A DNA stretch of 64,000 nucleotides from Leucoraja erinacea (GCF_028641065.1 NC_073387.1:15872001-15936000); one strand, 5' to 3'. Counted from the stretch's first letter, positions 13,080-27,512 are shown. The notes: a model not told the origin generated them from the sequence alone. Program-made: numbers and translations.

Positions 13080-13300
13080 GGACCATAATCAAGCCCCCAA
13101 CATGTCACACACTTCAAGTGCTCCCCAGCCACAGAATCAACAGTGAAGTCCAGCTGGGTATTTGCGATTTGTATTTTCCATATTTCCGGGACCTGGACAA
13201 TTATCTAGTCGCCTAAAAAGACCAGCCGGGGAAGTAATAGCATCAGGCAACACATCTCTCAACGCACCAATGTCACCATAGGCCGCTTTCAGGAAATTGA
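13080..13300 (+). pseudogene. Garbled, 3'-truncated copy C of the D3 (V) exon
   Basis: Shares cagtgaagtccagctgg, agtcgcctaaa..gaccag and gtaatagcatcag with 53898-54105. Preceding intron matches 53715-53897. Confidence 0.65.
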
Positions 13301-13421
13301 CTTTGCATACTAATTTGTAATAGCTTTCCACCTTTATACCTGCTCAGACTAAAAAAAAAACATAAATCAATTACATTCAAGCTTTTTACAAAAATGCATT
13401 TCATTTCCTGCCATTACTTAC

Positions 13422-13561
13422 AAAGTGAGAAATCAGTTTTCTTCTTCCACTGGTTCAACATCTGTATTCAGCGGCTTCCAATTAGATTTGGGGAAAAAAA
13501 AAACAATGAAGATGAATGCAACAACAAAAAAAAATGACCATTGCTTGGGATATTGCTGGTC
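13422..13561 (-). CDS. Putative transmembrane exon of gene B (indel-noisy)
   Basis: Phase-1 start GPAISQAMVIF..VVAFIFIVF..LIG followed by basic residues, then a gtaagt donor. The frame is broken at long T runs and the acceptor (aag) is weak. Confidence 0.35.
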
Positions 13562-13751
13562 CTTCAGGCTTTGAATTTCAGAATTATAACAACTAACAAT
13601 AATGATTTTACTAATAAATGAAAAAAAAAAAAAAAAATTTCAGGTCCTCACTCAGGTGTAGAAGTGAGGGGAGAACTAAAAAAAAAAACTGTTGGAGGTG
13701 TGTATCTATAAGATATATAATCACTGGTATGTTTGCCCGGCAATCTCAGGG

Positions 13752-14062
13752 GGGCCACGATGGTGCAGGTGGCAAGCGGTTGCTGCATTACAGTGCCAGA
13801 GACCCAGGTTAGATCCTGACTACTACTGCTGTGTCTGTACTAATTTGTACATTCTCCACTTGGACTGCTTGGGGTTTTCTCTGAGATATTTGGTTTCCTT
13901 CCACACTCCAAAAATGTACAATGTGTAGGGAAATTGGCTTGGTATAAATGTGAATTGTACCTCTAGAGTGTGTAATATTGTGTGTGCGGTTCGCTGGGTT
14001 TGTGGGGTCTCAGTTGTGCCGAGTGGCCCTCTTTCTGTGCTGTATCTCTAAAACTAAACTCA
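13752..14062 (+). mobile_element. tRNA-derived SINE (related copies at about 35640-35945 minus and 56040-56318 plus)
   Basis: tRNA-like head (ggtgcag..gagacccaggttagatcctgac) and ctgtatctcta(aaact)n tail. Confidence 0.65.
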
Positions 14063-14225
14063 ACTGCATTTTCATGGATCTACAGATATCAATAGGTGAA
14101 TTGTTGCCAATGCGTCGTCCTGACCATTATTTTATCCCACAAATCAACAGTTATTAATCTGAATATTAGCACATTGTGAGAACATTCTCTGTGGAGATGG
14201 GTTGCTGAATTTCCATCATTCTTAC

Positions 14226-14364
14226 CGCGACTTTTTCTACTCCTGCCAGTGCCCATCCATTTTGTCAGTGGGACTTTCCACTGGGGATGTTGTGAAGACT
14301 GGGGTTTAGCTTTTGATGTGATGTGAAGTGTAGAGAGGGAGGATATCATAGTGCCTGGACATTA
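14226..14364 (-). CDS. Putative Ser/Thr/Pro-rich stalk exon of gene B (indel-noisy)
   Basis: ctgtacag acceptor, CGCG|gtaaga phase-1 donor. Removing a few homopolymer bases gives IMSGTMISSLSTLHITSKAKPVFTTSPVESPTDKMDGTGRSRKSR. Confidence 0.35.
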
Positions 14365-14805
14365 CTGTACAGTTATTGTAAAACTTTTCTATATCAACTA
14401 AGGGATTGTCACCCACAATAAAAACAAATGTGATCACTTTTTTCCATTTATTTTGAATGTCGGGGTGGCAGGAGGGTCTCATAGATTTTTCTTGGCAATT
14501 ACACAAAGGGGGGGGACACACATATTATGATACCAAACAGACAGAGATTAGGGACCCTTGATAGAACAGCTGGTGATGTGACAATTATCTCTCAAGGAAG
14601 GGTGGGATCATGTTATCCTTGAAGGGGATAATCCATGCAGTGAGGCAAATCATGGATGCAGGAGCCATGTTTAAATCACCACAGGGATCTGAAGGTGGGT
14701 CAGTGGTTGATGACAAAAGCAGAGGCACTGTGTTGTTGAAGAAGAAATGACAAAAGTGATGGAAAACAGAGAGCTGAGCTAACAGTAAAGAGCTTGGAGC
14801 TCTGG

Positions 14806-15890
14806 AGGGGCTGTGGGGATCCACTCGGAGGGGAATTTAATGAGAAATGAAATTCAGAGAAAGGGGGACTTGATTGCCTTGAGGGAATGAGGGAACCAAC
14901 ATTGGAGTGTAGCTGCATTCAATCTGGGCTGAGGGAGAGGGAAGTGTGGGGAGGGAAAAAGGAAGAGCCGAGGAAGGGGAGAGAATGCAGGGAACTGGAT
15001 CATCATTCAGGTCTGAGACAACTTGGAAAATTAGGAAATTCAAATACTCGTGCCTTTGGGGTGCTGGCTACTGTCTAGTATAGCCCAGGCGTTTAGAAGA
15101 AGTAACCAACCTTATATTCCACCACGGAAAGTTTACAACCCAATGGTACGTACATGAAATATTCTAATTTTGAGGAAACATACACCTTCTGTGTTGGCAC
15201 TCATCTCCCCCTCTTTCTGAAAACCACCCTCTAATACTCACCTTGTTTTTTGTTTCCTATCCCATCTCCCCTCTCCAGCCCCCCTTTTCTCCTCTCCCTC
15301 TGTCCTCTCCCGGCTCATCATCTCCTCCTTCCACCCACACACTTCACCACTGGATCCCCTCCCCCCATCCGGTTCCATCTGCCCTTTATCTCTCCCTTAA
15401 GGGTTCCCCATCAGCACTATCATCACTTATCCGATTCCAGCACTTGTTGGCCCCCGTCTTCTGTCTATCTCGTACCTTTCAATCTAAGAAAAGAAACACT
15501 ATACAATCTCCCTAATATTACAACTTTCATTTTTGCTGTAAACATGGATCAGTGCATTCACTCAACTCAAACAAGCACGCCTGGCTGCTACGGGACAAAA
15601 ACAAAACACAGGTGCCCCTGGAATGAGCTGTGGGCGAGAGATATAGAGATGAGATCTGAGAAAGCAAGTTAGAGAGAGAGGAGTTAGAGAGAGAAGCAAG
15701 TTAGGGGGAGATAGGAGGGTGTGCGGACCCAGTGATCGAGAGAGACAAAGGCGAAGTGAGATAGAACGAGAGGGCCGATATAGTGAAAGAGGTCGAGGAG
15801 AGATGGGAAAAGGGGTGGGCGAGGGGAGGAATAGTGAGGGGGAGATGAGAAGGAGAGAGAGGGGCGGAGAGATGGAGAGAGAGAGACTAT
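14806..15890 (+). repeat. Noisy duplicate of window positions 1-955 including the GA-rich microsatellite
   Basis: Colinear (ctgtggggatccactcggag.. to (GA)n) with numerous single-base insertions. Confidence 0.9.
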
Positions 15891-17966
15891 AATCAGGTCG
15901 TGGTCCGTCCTCTCCTCTCGACAGGGAATGGGGAGAGGAAGCCAAAGGTGGAACCTCAGTTTGGAAATTACCGTTGCCTGAGGACGAGGAATGCTGCTGG
16001 AGAGAGAGAGAGAGGCGCATTTGTCGTCAAGTGGGGGGGGGTCCTACACTCAGAGTTGCGCTACTCACACCTGGTTCCGAGTCAGTGTTTACTCCTCCTC
16101 AAAACAACCAGGCACCCTGCAGGTGGGACGGCAAAAAGCCATGGACACCGACTACAGAATAATACGCTGGTCCTCCTCTCTCTACAAGGGGGACTACTCG
16201 TTTTCGGGTCCCAACATCGTTCTGGAAGCAGCATAGCATAGGGAATCGAAAGAGCGGGGATCCTCCTCTCACTTGACCCATGCTCTCTGGAGGTTGGGTC
16301 CACGATGTTACAATGTTAGTCCCGGGATTTCAAAAAACTTTCCCAGGGGGAAAAAATTTGTGGACGACGGACACGATTTTTTTCCCTCAAGGGTCCGCCC
16401 TCCGATCACTGTCAAGCAGCCAAGCCAGGAATAAGCCAGCATTTCAGCCCCACAAACAGTAAGTAATTGGAAGAGGGCCTGGGTTAAACCGAACCAGTGA
16501 ACAACAGCAAAACATTTGCCGTGGAGATGTAAAGATCCGGTAAAATAATCTGAATTATCGCCCAGCAGTCACTGAATTTTCATCGACTAAAAACTAAGGC
16601 AACTGGCTGTTGGCAAAAAGACCCAGGAATTGGATCAACTCCATCTGTAACCTCATCTAGCTTCTCCTTTATTTTGCCCCAAATTTAGGTCGCACTGTTT
16701 TCAAGCCAGAGCGGCATGAGAGAGGGAGGGGAAGCAGGTGCAGGAAGAAAATGGAAAGGGAAGGAAAGTGGAAAAACCCCATTAATTAAACGATGTCGAT
16801 TTGACCTATCAGAAGGCTCGAAGAAGAATTTTCGGACCGTGAGGGGGGGCGCAGCATCATTCCCTCATTTTGGTTGACCCATAGAGTGGATGGCCTGCTG
16901 GGGATCAAATGCCATGGGATAGTAACGGTGGCCGGATGTCATCACAGCCCCTGGCCAGGAAAATGTGATGACTTGTGGCCACATCTAGGCCAGCGCTGGA
17001 CCTGTCGACCGGACATTGCAGAAGCCAGACTAGTTGTGGTGGAGGGCATTGCGTGTGACACCGGCACGTAGACTGGCTGTGGCCACAGAGTCACATCAGT
17101 CATGGTGCGTGGTCCCAATCCCCAGGAATTGGGTTCAATATATCATCAATCGTCAGCCTCCTCCTTTTAGACACAAGGGAAATTAAGCCAGTGTGGAAGC
17201 TTTCTGGGATTTGAGGGCTAGACAGAAAGGGACTGAAGGTGGCTGGGTATTGTAACTCTGCAGTTTCACAGGATGAAAGAAGGAGTGACCTGCGTGAGGC
17301 TTGCCCATTGAGTGAGCTTGGGATTGGTTTACAGGGAATGGTGCCAGCTGATCATGGCAGCACTTTGATGCAAGTGTAACTTGGTGGTGATAAATGTGAG
17401 GCCATCAGGTACTAGTGGGTGCCAGCAAGAACCGGTAAGGGGGGACCCCAGATATTTATAATAGTGAATGTGGTTTCAGATTAGGGAAAAATGGGAACAC
17501 CTTCAGAATTGGTGGATGTGACACTTGCTACATCAGGTGTCACTGAAATGGGAAGTAAAGAGGCTAGCGGGGTTTACAGCAGGCAGTGTGGACAGACTGC
17601 ATGGTATGCATGTGGTCTGCATTGGTCGAGAGGATCCACTTAGGGTGTGAAAGGAGAGGGTGGCAGCAGTTGTCAGAATGTGGTCCAGATTGGACAATGG
17701 GAGTTGCCGGGCTGTGGGAGTACTTGTGTCACTGCAAGTGAACATTCTACAGCAGTGGAGTGAAGGCAAGGACATATGCAGGCGCATTTTGAGATTAGGA
17801 GCAAGTGCATTTGGGCAGTTGTACAGGTTGGTTGATAGAGCACCTGGAGGATGGTGGGACTGACATATAATGAAAGAATGAGTCCACTGGGGGTTTCAAA
17901 GTGCAAGCGTAGGTTAACGTGATTAATGAGGGGGTTGGTGGGAACGAAATATTGATGAAAGTCTGC

Positions 17967-20900
17967 ACTTCCCGGTTGCGCCATGCGAAGCTATGTAGCA
18001 GGAGGCAAACTTCTAGCTCCGATTTTAACTCTGCACGTTTTCCGGTTTGCGCCCTTGGCGCTGCCAATTAAAACGGACGAGGGAAAAGCAGTTTAAATGA
18101 AAAAAAACGTCTCCAGCTCAGAGCCCTCGGAGAAGAAGAAACATTACAAAACTGCTGAAAAACACAGAAAACTGAAGAACAGACCTCTGAAGTGGTTTCT
18201 GCAATGTCTACAAGATCCAAGACTGAGATGGCTACTAAGGACAAAACAATGAAATGGAGGACATAAAAGAGCTCAGTAAGAGATTTGAGAAAGGATATTG
18301 AGGCTGGAAACTCAAAAATGTTGGAAAGTATGGAAAATATGAATGTTAAATCAATGGAAAATATGGCAAACATTAATGCTGGTAATCAAAAAATTATTGA
18401 CTGCATTGGCATTATACAAAAACGAATTGAGGATGTGCATGAAGAGCTAGTGGTCAGAATTAAGAAAGGCGAAGTAGAAACTGAGAAGAAGTTTGAGGCT
18501 GTGAACGTAATTGTTTCTTCACATGGAACCGAAAAAAAAGACATGGAAACAGCGGTTGAACAAATGGCTGAAGATATGTAGGGAATGAAGCTAGAAGTGG
18601 ACAGCCTCAAGAGTCAACTGGCGAAAGTTTCAGATAAATGCCTTGATCTTGAAGCTCGCTCACGACGCCAAAATCTACGAATACTGGGAGTAACAGAAGG
18701 GGCAGAAGGGGACAACGCTCGTGGGTTCACTGCCAACCTAATCAAACAAGTACTAAATCTTCCTGTGGAACCGGAAATTGAAGTGGCACATCGAGTACCG
18801 AGATTTAAGCCAAGAGCATAAGCAGATCCAGCCCACCCACGACAGATCATAGTTAAACTGAATAAGGGGGGTGGGGTGTTGAATGGGACAGTGGAGGATG
18901 GAGTTAAAGGGAAAGGGTTTCTTAAATGTGTGAGCATAGAGACCGAAGGGTGTAAAATGAGGGTAGAAGAAATAGGTAGCAAGGTGAAAAGTAAAAGTGG
19001 CAGGCAGACAAAACCAGGGCAAAAATCAAAAAGGGCCACTTTTCAACATAATTGTGTAAGGGGTAAGAGTGTTGTAAAAACAAGCCTGAAGGCTTTGTGT
19101 CTCAATGCAAGGAGCATTCGTAATAAGGTGGATGAGTTGAATGTGCAAATAGCTATTAATGACTATGATATAGTTGGGATCACGGAGACATGGCTCCAGG
19201 GTGACCAAGGCTGGGAGCTGAACATCCAGGGATATTCAATATTCAGGAGGGATAGACAGAAAGGAAAAGGAGGTGGGGTAGCGTTACTGATTAGAGAGGG
19301 GATTAATGCAATGGAAAGGAAGGACATTAGTTTGGAGGATGTGGAATCGGTATGGGTAGAGCTGCACAACACTAAGGGGCAGAAAACGCTGGTGGGTGTT
19401 GTGTACAGGCCACCTAACAGTAGTAGTGAAGTTGGAGATGGTATCAAACAGGAAATTAGAAATGCGTGCGACAAAGGGCAAAACGGTTATAATGGGTGAC
19501 TTCAATCTACATATAGATTGGGTGAATCAAATTGGCAGGGGTGCTGAGGAATAGGATTTCTTGGAATGTATGCGGGATAGTTATCTAAATCAACATGTAG
19601 AGGAACCAACGAGAGAGCAGGCTATTTTAGACTGGGTATTGAGTAATGAGGAAGGGTTAGTTAGCAATCTTGTTGTACGTGCCCCCTTGGGCAAGAGTGA
19701 CCATAATATGGTTGAGTTCTTCATTAGGATGGAGAGTGACATTGTTAATTCAGAAACAATGGTTCTGAACTTAAAGAAAGGTAACTTTGAGGGTATGAGA
19801 CGTGAATTGGCCAAGATTGACTGGCAATTAATTCTAAAAGGGTTGACGGTGGATATGCAATGGAAGACATTTAAAGACTGCATGGATGAACTACAACAAT
19901 TGTTCATCCCAGTTTGGCAAAAGAATAAATCAGGGAAGGTAGTGCATCCATGGATAACAAGGGAAATCAGGGATAGTATCAAAGCGAAGGATGATGCGTA
20001 CAAATTAGCCAGAAAAAGCAGCATACCGGAGGACTGGGAGAAATTCAAAGACCAGCAGAGGAGGACAAAGGGCTTAATTAGGAAAGGAAAAATAGATTAT
20101 GAAAGAAAACTGGCAGGGAACATAAAAACTGACTGCAAATGTTTTTATAGATATGTGAAAAGAAAGAGATTAGTTAAAACAAATGTAGGTCCCTTGCAGT
20201 CAGAAACAGGGGAGTTGATCATGGGGAACAAGGACATGGCGGACCAATTGAATAACTACTTTGGTTCCGTCTTCACTAAGGAAGACATAAATAATTTGCC
20301 GGAAATAGCAGGGGACTGCGGGTCAAAGGAGTTGGAGGAATTGAGTGAAATCCAGGTTAGCCGGGAAGTGTTGTTGGGGTAAATTGAATGGATTAAAGGC
20401 CGATAAATCCCCAGGGCCAGATAGGCTGCATCCCAGAGTACTTAAGGAAGTAGCTCCAGAAATAGTGGATGCATTAGTAATAATCTTTCAAAACTCTTTA
20501 GATTCTGGAGTAGTTCCTGAAGATTGGCGGGTAGCAAACGTAACCCCACTTTTTAAGAAGGGAGGGAGAGAGAAAATGGGGAATTACAGACCAGTTAGTC
20601 TAACATCGGTAGTGGGGAAACTGCTAGAGTCAGTTATTAAAGATGGGATAGCAGCACATTTGGAAAGTGGTGAAATCATTGGACAAAGTCAGCATGGATT
20701 TACGAAAGGTAAATCATGTCTGACGAATCTTATAGAATTTTTCGAGGATGTAACTAGTAGCGTGGATAGGGGAGAACCAGTGGATGTGGTGTTTCTGGAC
20801 TTCCAGAAGGCTTTCGACAAGGTCCCACATAAGAAATTAGTATACAAACTTAAAGCACAAGGCATTGGGGGGTCAGTATTGATGTGGATAGAGAACTGGC

Positions 20901-23900
20901 TGGCAAACAGGAAGCAAAGAGTAGGAGGAGTAAACGGGTCCTTTTCACAATGGGCAGGCAGTGACTAGTGGGGTACCCCAAGGCTCAGTACTGGGACCCC
21001 AGCTATTTACAATATATATTAATGATCTGGATGAGGGAATTGAAGGCAATATCTCCAAGTTTGCGGATGACACTAAGCTGGGGGGCAGTGTTAGCTGTGA
21101 GGAGGATGCTAGGAGACTGCAGGGTGACTTGGATAGGCTGGGTGAGTGGGCAAATGTTTGGCAGATGCAGGATAATGTGGATAAATGTGAGGTTATCCAT
21201 TTTGGCGGCAAAAAACAGGAAAGCAGACTATTATCTAAATGGTGGCCGATTGGGAAAGGGGGAGATGCAGCGAGACCTGGGTGTCATGGTACACCAGTCA
21301 TTGAAGGTAGGCATGCAGGTGCAGCAGGCAGTAAAGAAAGCGAATGGTATGTTAGCTTTCATTGCAAAAGGATTTGAGTATAGGAGCAGAGAGGTTCTAC
21401 TGCAGTTGTACAGGGTCTTGGTGAGACCACACCTGGAGTATTGCGTACAGTTTTGGTCTCCAAATCTGAGGAAGGACATTATTGCCATAGAGGGAGTGCA
21501 GAGACGGTTCACCAGACTGATTCCTGGGATGTCAGGACTGTCTTATGAAGAAAGACTGGATAGACTGGGTTTATACTCTCTAGAATTTAGAAGATTGAGA
21601 GGGGATCTTATAGAAACTTACAAAATTCTTAAGGGGTTGGACAGGCTAGATGCAGGAAGATTGTTCCCGATGTTAGGGAAGTCCAGGACAAGGGGTCACA
21701 GCTTAAGGATAAAGGGGAAATCCTTTAAAACCGAGATGAGAAGAACTTTTTTCACGCAGAGAGTGGTGAATCTCTGGAACTCTCTGCCACAGAGGGTAGT
21801 TGAGGCCACTTCATTGGCTATATTTAAGAGGGAGTTAGATGTGGCCCTTGTGGCTAAGAGGATCAGGGGGTATGGAGAGAAGGCAGGTACGGGATACTGA
21901 GTTGGATGATCAGCCATGATCATATTGAATGGCGGTGCAGGCTCGAAGGGCCGAATGGCCTACTCCTGCACCTAATTTCTATGTTTCTATGTTTCTAACT
22001 TCGGGACATTTCAGCACTTGAGGACCTGATGAAAAAAATCAAATATGGAGTGAAGATGACCTTTGGACAAGACACTATCAAACTCCTGTGGGATTATCCC
22101 TTTGAGATCATTCAAAAGAGAAGAATGTTTGAACAGACAAGACAGATTCTCTATGGAGTCAAAGATGTTAGATGTGGCATTTTTTATCCGGCCAGAATGC
22201 GCATTACTTACAAGGGAAAAGTGAAAACCTTCACTAACTCGGATGCATCATATAAATATGCCGAAGAGATTGTCGCAAAGGCAGAAACAGAAGATTAACC
22301 ACACCAGCGGGAGGATATGGACATTTTCTTGCCTTTTATGATCTCACAGAGAACACCCGAAGACAAGGGAAGAAACAACACTCTCTAAAAGTTTAAAATG
22401 GAACCTAATTTCCACGTGCGTTTGTCTAGACATCTTATCTCCTTTGGATGCTCTGGAATTTAACTCAAGGACATCCTTTGTTCAGAATGAATGAAAGACT
22501 GATGAGCTAACCAAAGATGAACACCAGAGCCAAATGTGGAAAACACCCCAAGGTCGAATGGTGAATCAAGATTTTTAAACACTTTTACAAAATATAGAGA
22601 ATTACTAATAACTAACAAATACTAATATAGAAATATAAATGGAAACTAACCTGAACTATATAATGGGTAAAATGTAATAATCTGCTTATAAGACAGACTA
22701 GTTCATGTATAGAGATGACTAATTTTAGAATTAAAGTAGATAACATTGAAATGATAAGGGATACGTAGTTCGTGTGAAGAAGGGAGAAGACTCAGGCACC
22801 TGGCATAATTCCAGGAGCCTGTTTCTGGTTAACCCTTACAGCTAACAACTTACTTTTATCAAAGATATAACTAACTATAAATAAATAGTAGATGAAAACA
22901 TTAGATAAATAAATTTTACAGTAGCTGAACATAGATCGGATACTGGCTAATGAAATATATATAAATATACAGATATAGATAAGGTAATGGGTGAAATTTA
23001 GCTGAATTTGAAACGGCACCTCCTTCTTAGGGACAGAATAATAAAAAGAGCAGAGCTAACAGTACAACATCAATTTCGGAAGTCGAATAAATGTCGGATT
23101 CCACAGACGTGTGGGACACGCATTACAGTGTCGAACACTTCAGACACTGTAATTTTATCTGCCAAATTTTTTTTTTATCACAATATGTCACTATTTTCTG
23201 TTTTTTTTTCAAGGAAAATCGCAAAAGGGATCTACCAAGGAAGTTAATAATATAAATGCCCCCCAACTATCCAGAGTCCTGAGCTACGGATGCACCGTAA
23301 TAAATAAAGGTACTAAAATCAGAGAAAATGCAAGATGACAAAAAAAAGAAAATGGGAGGAATCACACTGTGTAGCTGGAATATAAGGGGTATTAATGAAC
23401 CAATTAAAAGGGGCAGAATACTAGCTCAGTTGAAATCATATAACACGGACATTTCCTTTCTTCAAGAAACGCACCTTAAACATCAAGACCAGATGAGGTT
23501 GAGGGCGAAATGGATAGGCCAAACATTTCACTCCTCATACACATCGAAATCCAGAGGCACCGCAATTATTATTCGCAAAGGAATACCATTCAAATCAAAG
23601 AATATTATATCAGATAAGGAAGGGAGATACCTTATAGTCACAGGAGAGATTTATGCTACGTCAATCACCTTGGTAAACATATATGCGCCCAATTTTGACA
23701 ATCCTCAATTTTTTAATAAAATTCTGAATAAAATCGCAGAATCTAACTACTAAAATGTTATAATTGGAGGAGACTTCAACTGTGCTTTAGATCCGTATTT
23801 AGATAAATCGACGCAAAAACAAAGAGGTAATATGATATCTAAAACTAGTGAACTCTTAAATACATATATATAAAAAATACAAATATAGCAGATGTTTCGA

Positions 23901-26900
23901 GGATCGCGGACCCGACTGGAAGGGAATACTCGTTTTATTCAATGGTGCATAAAACATACTCACGTATAGACTATTTCCTAGTGGATTGAAAACTAATCCC
24001 TTATTCTCTTAACCCTAAATACCACACTAATACGATTTCAGATCATTCCCCGCTATCTTTTGTTTTAAAATTGGAAGGAATCTCTACGAACATATCGTTC
24101 TGGAGGTTTAACTCGCAAATTTTGAAAGACCCACAAGGGGGTATATATCTAAAAAATCAAATGGATCTATTTTTTGAGATAAATGATACACCAGATATTT
24201 TGCCTACTTTATTATGGGAATCCTTCAAAGCATTTATTAGAGGAGTCATTATCTCGTATCAAGCTTTTCAAAACAAAAAGAATAAAAATGAACAAAGACA
24301 ATTAGAAGAACAAATCAGACAACTAGATATAGATAATGCTAAAGATCCAACTATGGATAAACATAATAAAATTTTAATTCTGAAATTTAAGCTAAATAAA
24401 TTACTATCAGAGAAGATTATAAGATTATTCCAAATTACCAAACAAGAATGTTTTGAATTTGGGGATAAACCCCATAAACCTTTGGCACGCCAATTGAATA
24501 GTGGGGAAAAAGATCATACAATTTTAAAGATTAAATCAGATAGAGGGGAATTATTAACACTACCTAATGATATCAATAAAAGATTTGCTCAATATTATAA
24601 GAACTTATATACATCGAAAACACTAATAGACAATAACAAAGCTTCAGAATTTTTGACCGATTGTAACCTCCCAAAATTAGAATTGAAAGAACAAGAGGAA
24701 CTGGGAGCACAAATTACAGCTAAGGAAATAGAAGACACAATAAACACACTTAAGAACGGAAAAACACCAGGACCAGACGGATTCAGTAATGAATTTTATA
24801 AATGTTTTTACGATACAGTGACCCCACGTCTACAGAAAATGTATACATTTGCTTTTAAAGAACAAATCTTACCTGAAACACTAGCAGAATCAACGATCAC
24901 ACTAATACTAAAAAAAGATAAAGATATAGAAGAACCAGGATCATAAAGAGCTATTGCATTGTTAAATACTGATCAAAAAATATTAGCGAAAATACTAGCT
25001 AGAAGATTGTCAATATGTCATTAAATTAATAAATAAGGATCAGACGGGATTTATACCTAAGAGACACTCATTTAATAACCTGAGACGTCTGCTTAACATA
25101 ATGCACTCTCACAAATCTCAAGAACAAGAGTTATCTATCATTTCATTGGACGCAGAAAAAGCGTTTGATCAAGTAGAATGGGATTATATGTTTAAAGTAT
25201 TGCAAAAATTTCAAATGGGAGAGAGCTTCATCGCATGGATAAAATTATTATATAACAAACCCACGGCTAGAATATTAACTAATAATATACTATCTACGAA
25301 ATTCCAATTAACAAGGGGCAATAGACAAGGGTGTTCATTATCACCGCTATTATTCGCTCTGGTAATTGAACCTTTAGCTGAAAAAATTAGAACACATCCT
25401 GACATCTATGGGTATAATACAAAACATTCAAATAACAAAATATCCTTATACGCAGACGATGTATTACTATATATCACAAAACCCCAAATCAGTATACCAA
25501 ACATATTAAACCTAATCGAGGATTTCGGATCTTTCTCAGGATACAGAATAAACTGGAACAAAAGTGAAATTATGTCAATAAAACCGAAAGACTCAACACA
25601 TCTTTTGAAATTCCCCTTTAAAATAGCTACAGAAAAATTTAAATACTTAGGAATTGAAATCACTAGAAATTATCACGGTATGTTTAATGCTAATTATAGC
25701 CCCTTACTTAAGAAATTAAACAATCTAATTAAATTCTGGAAAACGCTGCCGATGTCTTTAATAGGTCGAATAAATGCTATAAAAATGATCTTTTTACCAC
25801 AAATCCTATATTTATTTCAATCAATTCCAATATATCTTCCAAATTTTTTTTTCAAAAAATTAGACTCAGACATCACAAACTTTATATGGGATTATAAATC
25901 CCACAGAATACAAAGAGCACACCTCAGTAAACCAAAAGAGATGGGTGGTCTAGCGCTCCCTAACTTTATGTACTATAATTGGGCGGTAAATATTAAAAAT
26001 ATGATTCACCTGCTGGACAACTCTGCCCAGCAGGTGGACTGGATTATAATGGAGAGAGAGGACTGCGCTCCAGGTAATACAGGAGCGACTCTCCTCTCAC
26101 CAACGAATTTGAATAACAAACATTATAATAAAAATCCAATGATACATAGTACAATTAGAACTTGGAAACAAATAAAACAGAACTTAAAATTAAGAAATCT
26201 ATCTCTGCTAATGCCAATAGCCAATAACCCTTCGTTTAAACCCTCAATTATAGATAAATCATTTACACAATGGGAAAGAACGGGAATCAAAACGCTCGGA
26301 GACCTGTATGAATTAGGGAAATTATTACCATTTCAACAATTACAACTGAAATATAACTTGAAAAATAATCAATATTTTAAATATCTTCAAATCCGTGATT
26401 ATCTGAAAAAAATATACAAAAGACTATTATAATATGCCCCCAGACTTATTAGATGAAGCCATGAAGATAAAGGCTGAATCAGCAAATCTAATATCATACT
26501 TATATAATATTATATTGAATATAGAAATACCTACAACAGATAATATTAGAAGAGATTGGGAACAAGAATTAGCTATAAAAATTTCAAAAGAGAGCTGGGA
26601 TAAACACTTAATATATGTGCATAAATGCTCGATCAACGTACGACATACTCTAATCCAATATAAAACATTACACAGACTATATTATTCAAAAACGAAAATA
26701 AATAAACTTTTCCCCAATGTCTCACCCATTTGTGATAAATGTCAGTTACAAGAAGCTAACATAGTGCACTCTTTTGTTTTCTGTATAAAAATCCAAAAAT
26801 TCTGGAACAAAATATTTGAAATCTTCACAAAATTATTTAAAACAAAACTACTACCCAGAGTAGAATGGATCATTTTTGGAATATCGGAAGGTAACCCAGA

Positions 26901-27512
26901 ATTAAATATGTTTCAAAAGAACTTACTTAATTATGGGCTAATAATCGGAAAAAAGCTTATACTTAAATTTTGGAAAAATGCTCCAATACCAACAACAAAA
27001 ATGTGGATTTCAAACATGTTCGAAACATTACACTTGGAAGAGATGAGACTCCTCCTAGCAGGTAAAGCAGATCACTTCCAAAAGACGTGGTCTGCATTTA
27101 TGGAACTATTACAAGCATAAGGTGCAATAATAAGTTAAAATATAAAGGCTACCAGGACCTGGTAATGGGGGGATATAAAATAAATTTTTAATAAAAACAC
27201 GGTTGGTATATCCTTTTTTGCGGAGTTTTGTGTTACAATAGAGCGATTGATTTTCCTTTCTTCCTTTTTTTTCTTTTCTTTCTAGGGTCTTATTTATTTT
27301 CTTTGCTTCCTTCTCTAATTCCTTCCCTAAGGGGTTCTCTTCTCCCAACACTTTCCTGCACCTTCACGATTCTTGCTTACTTTCCTTACTTCTTTTATTT
27401 CTATCTTTTTTAAAGCTCAAAAAATGAAGTGGTACAACATAATGTAATAATATATATGCGATGTATTAATGTGATTTACTGTACTGCAAATAAAAAAAAA
27501 ATAAAAAAAAAT
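17967..27512 (+). mobile_element. Full-length degenerate L1 LINE (fish type) with nested CR1
   Basis: 5' acttcccggtt. ORF1 LEARSRRQNLRILGV (about 18200-18859 plus 21997-22298); about 1 kb spacer; ORF2 23328-27120 with APE (SWNIRG, LQETH, NIYAPN), RT (LDAEKAFD, LYADD) and CCHC knuckle; poly-A at 27490-27510. Stops and frameshifts present. Confidence 0.95.
18860..21996 (+). mobile_element. CR1 LINE (near-complete ORF2, frameshifted) nested in L1 ORF1
   Basis: LNARSIRNK, GITETW, YRPP, SDH, YRPVSLTS, FADDTKL motifs; (CTATGTTT)n tail; AACT at both junctions. Confidence 0.95.

Noticed and set aside
13290-13335. ITIM-like SYYKLV in a putative gene B tail
   Set aside because: The frame cannot be fixed in this indel-rich sequence, and the segment abuts a breakpoint.
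16620-17960. Missing D3/D4 exons of gene B
   Set aside because: No Ig motifs were seen on either strand; it looks like degraded repeat.
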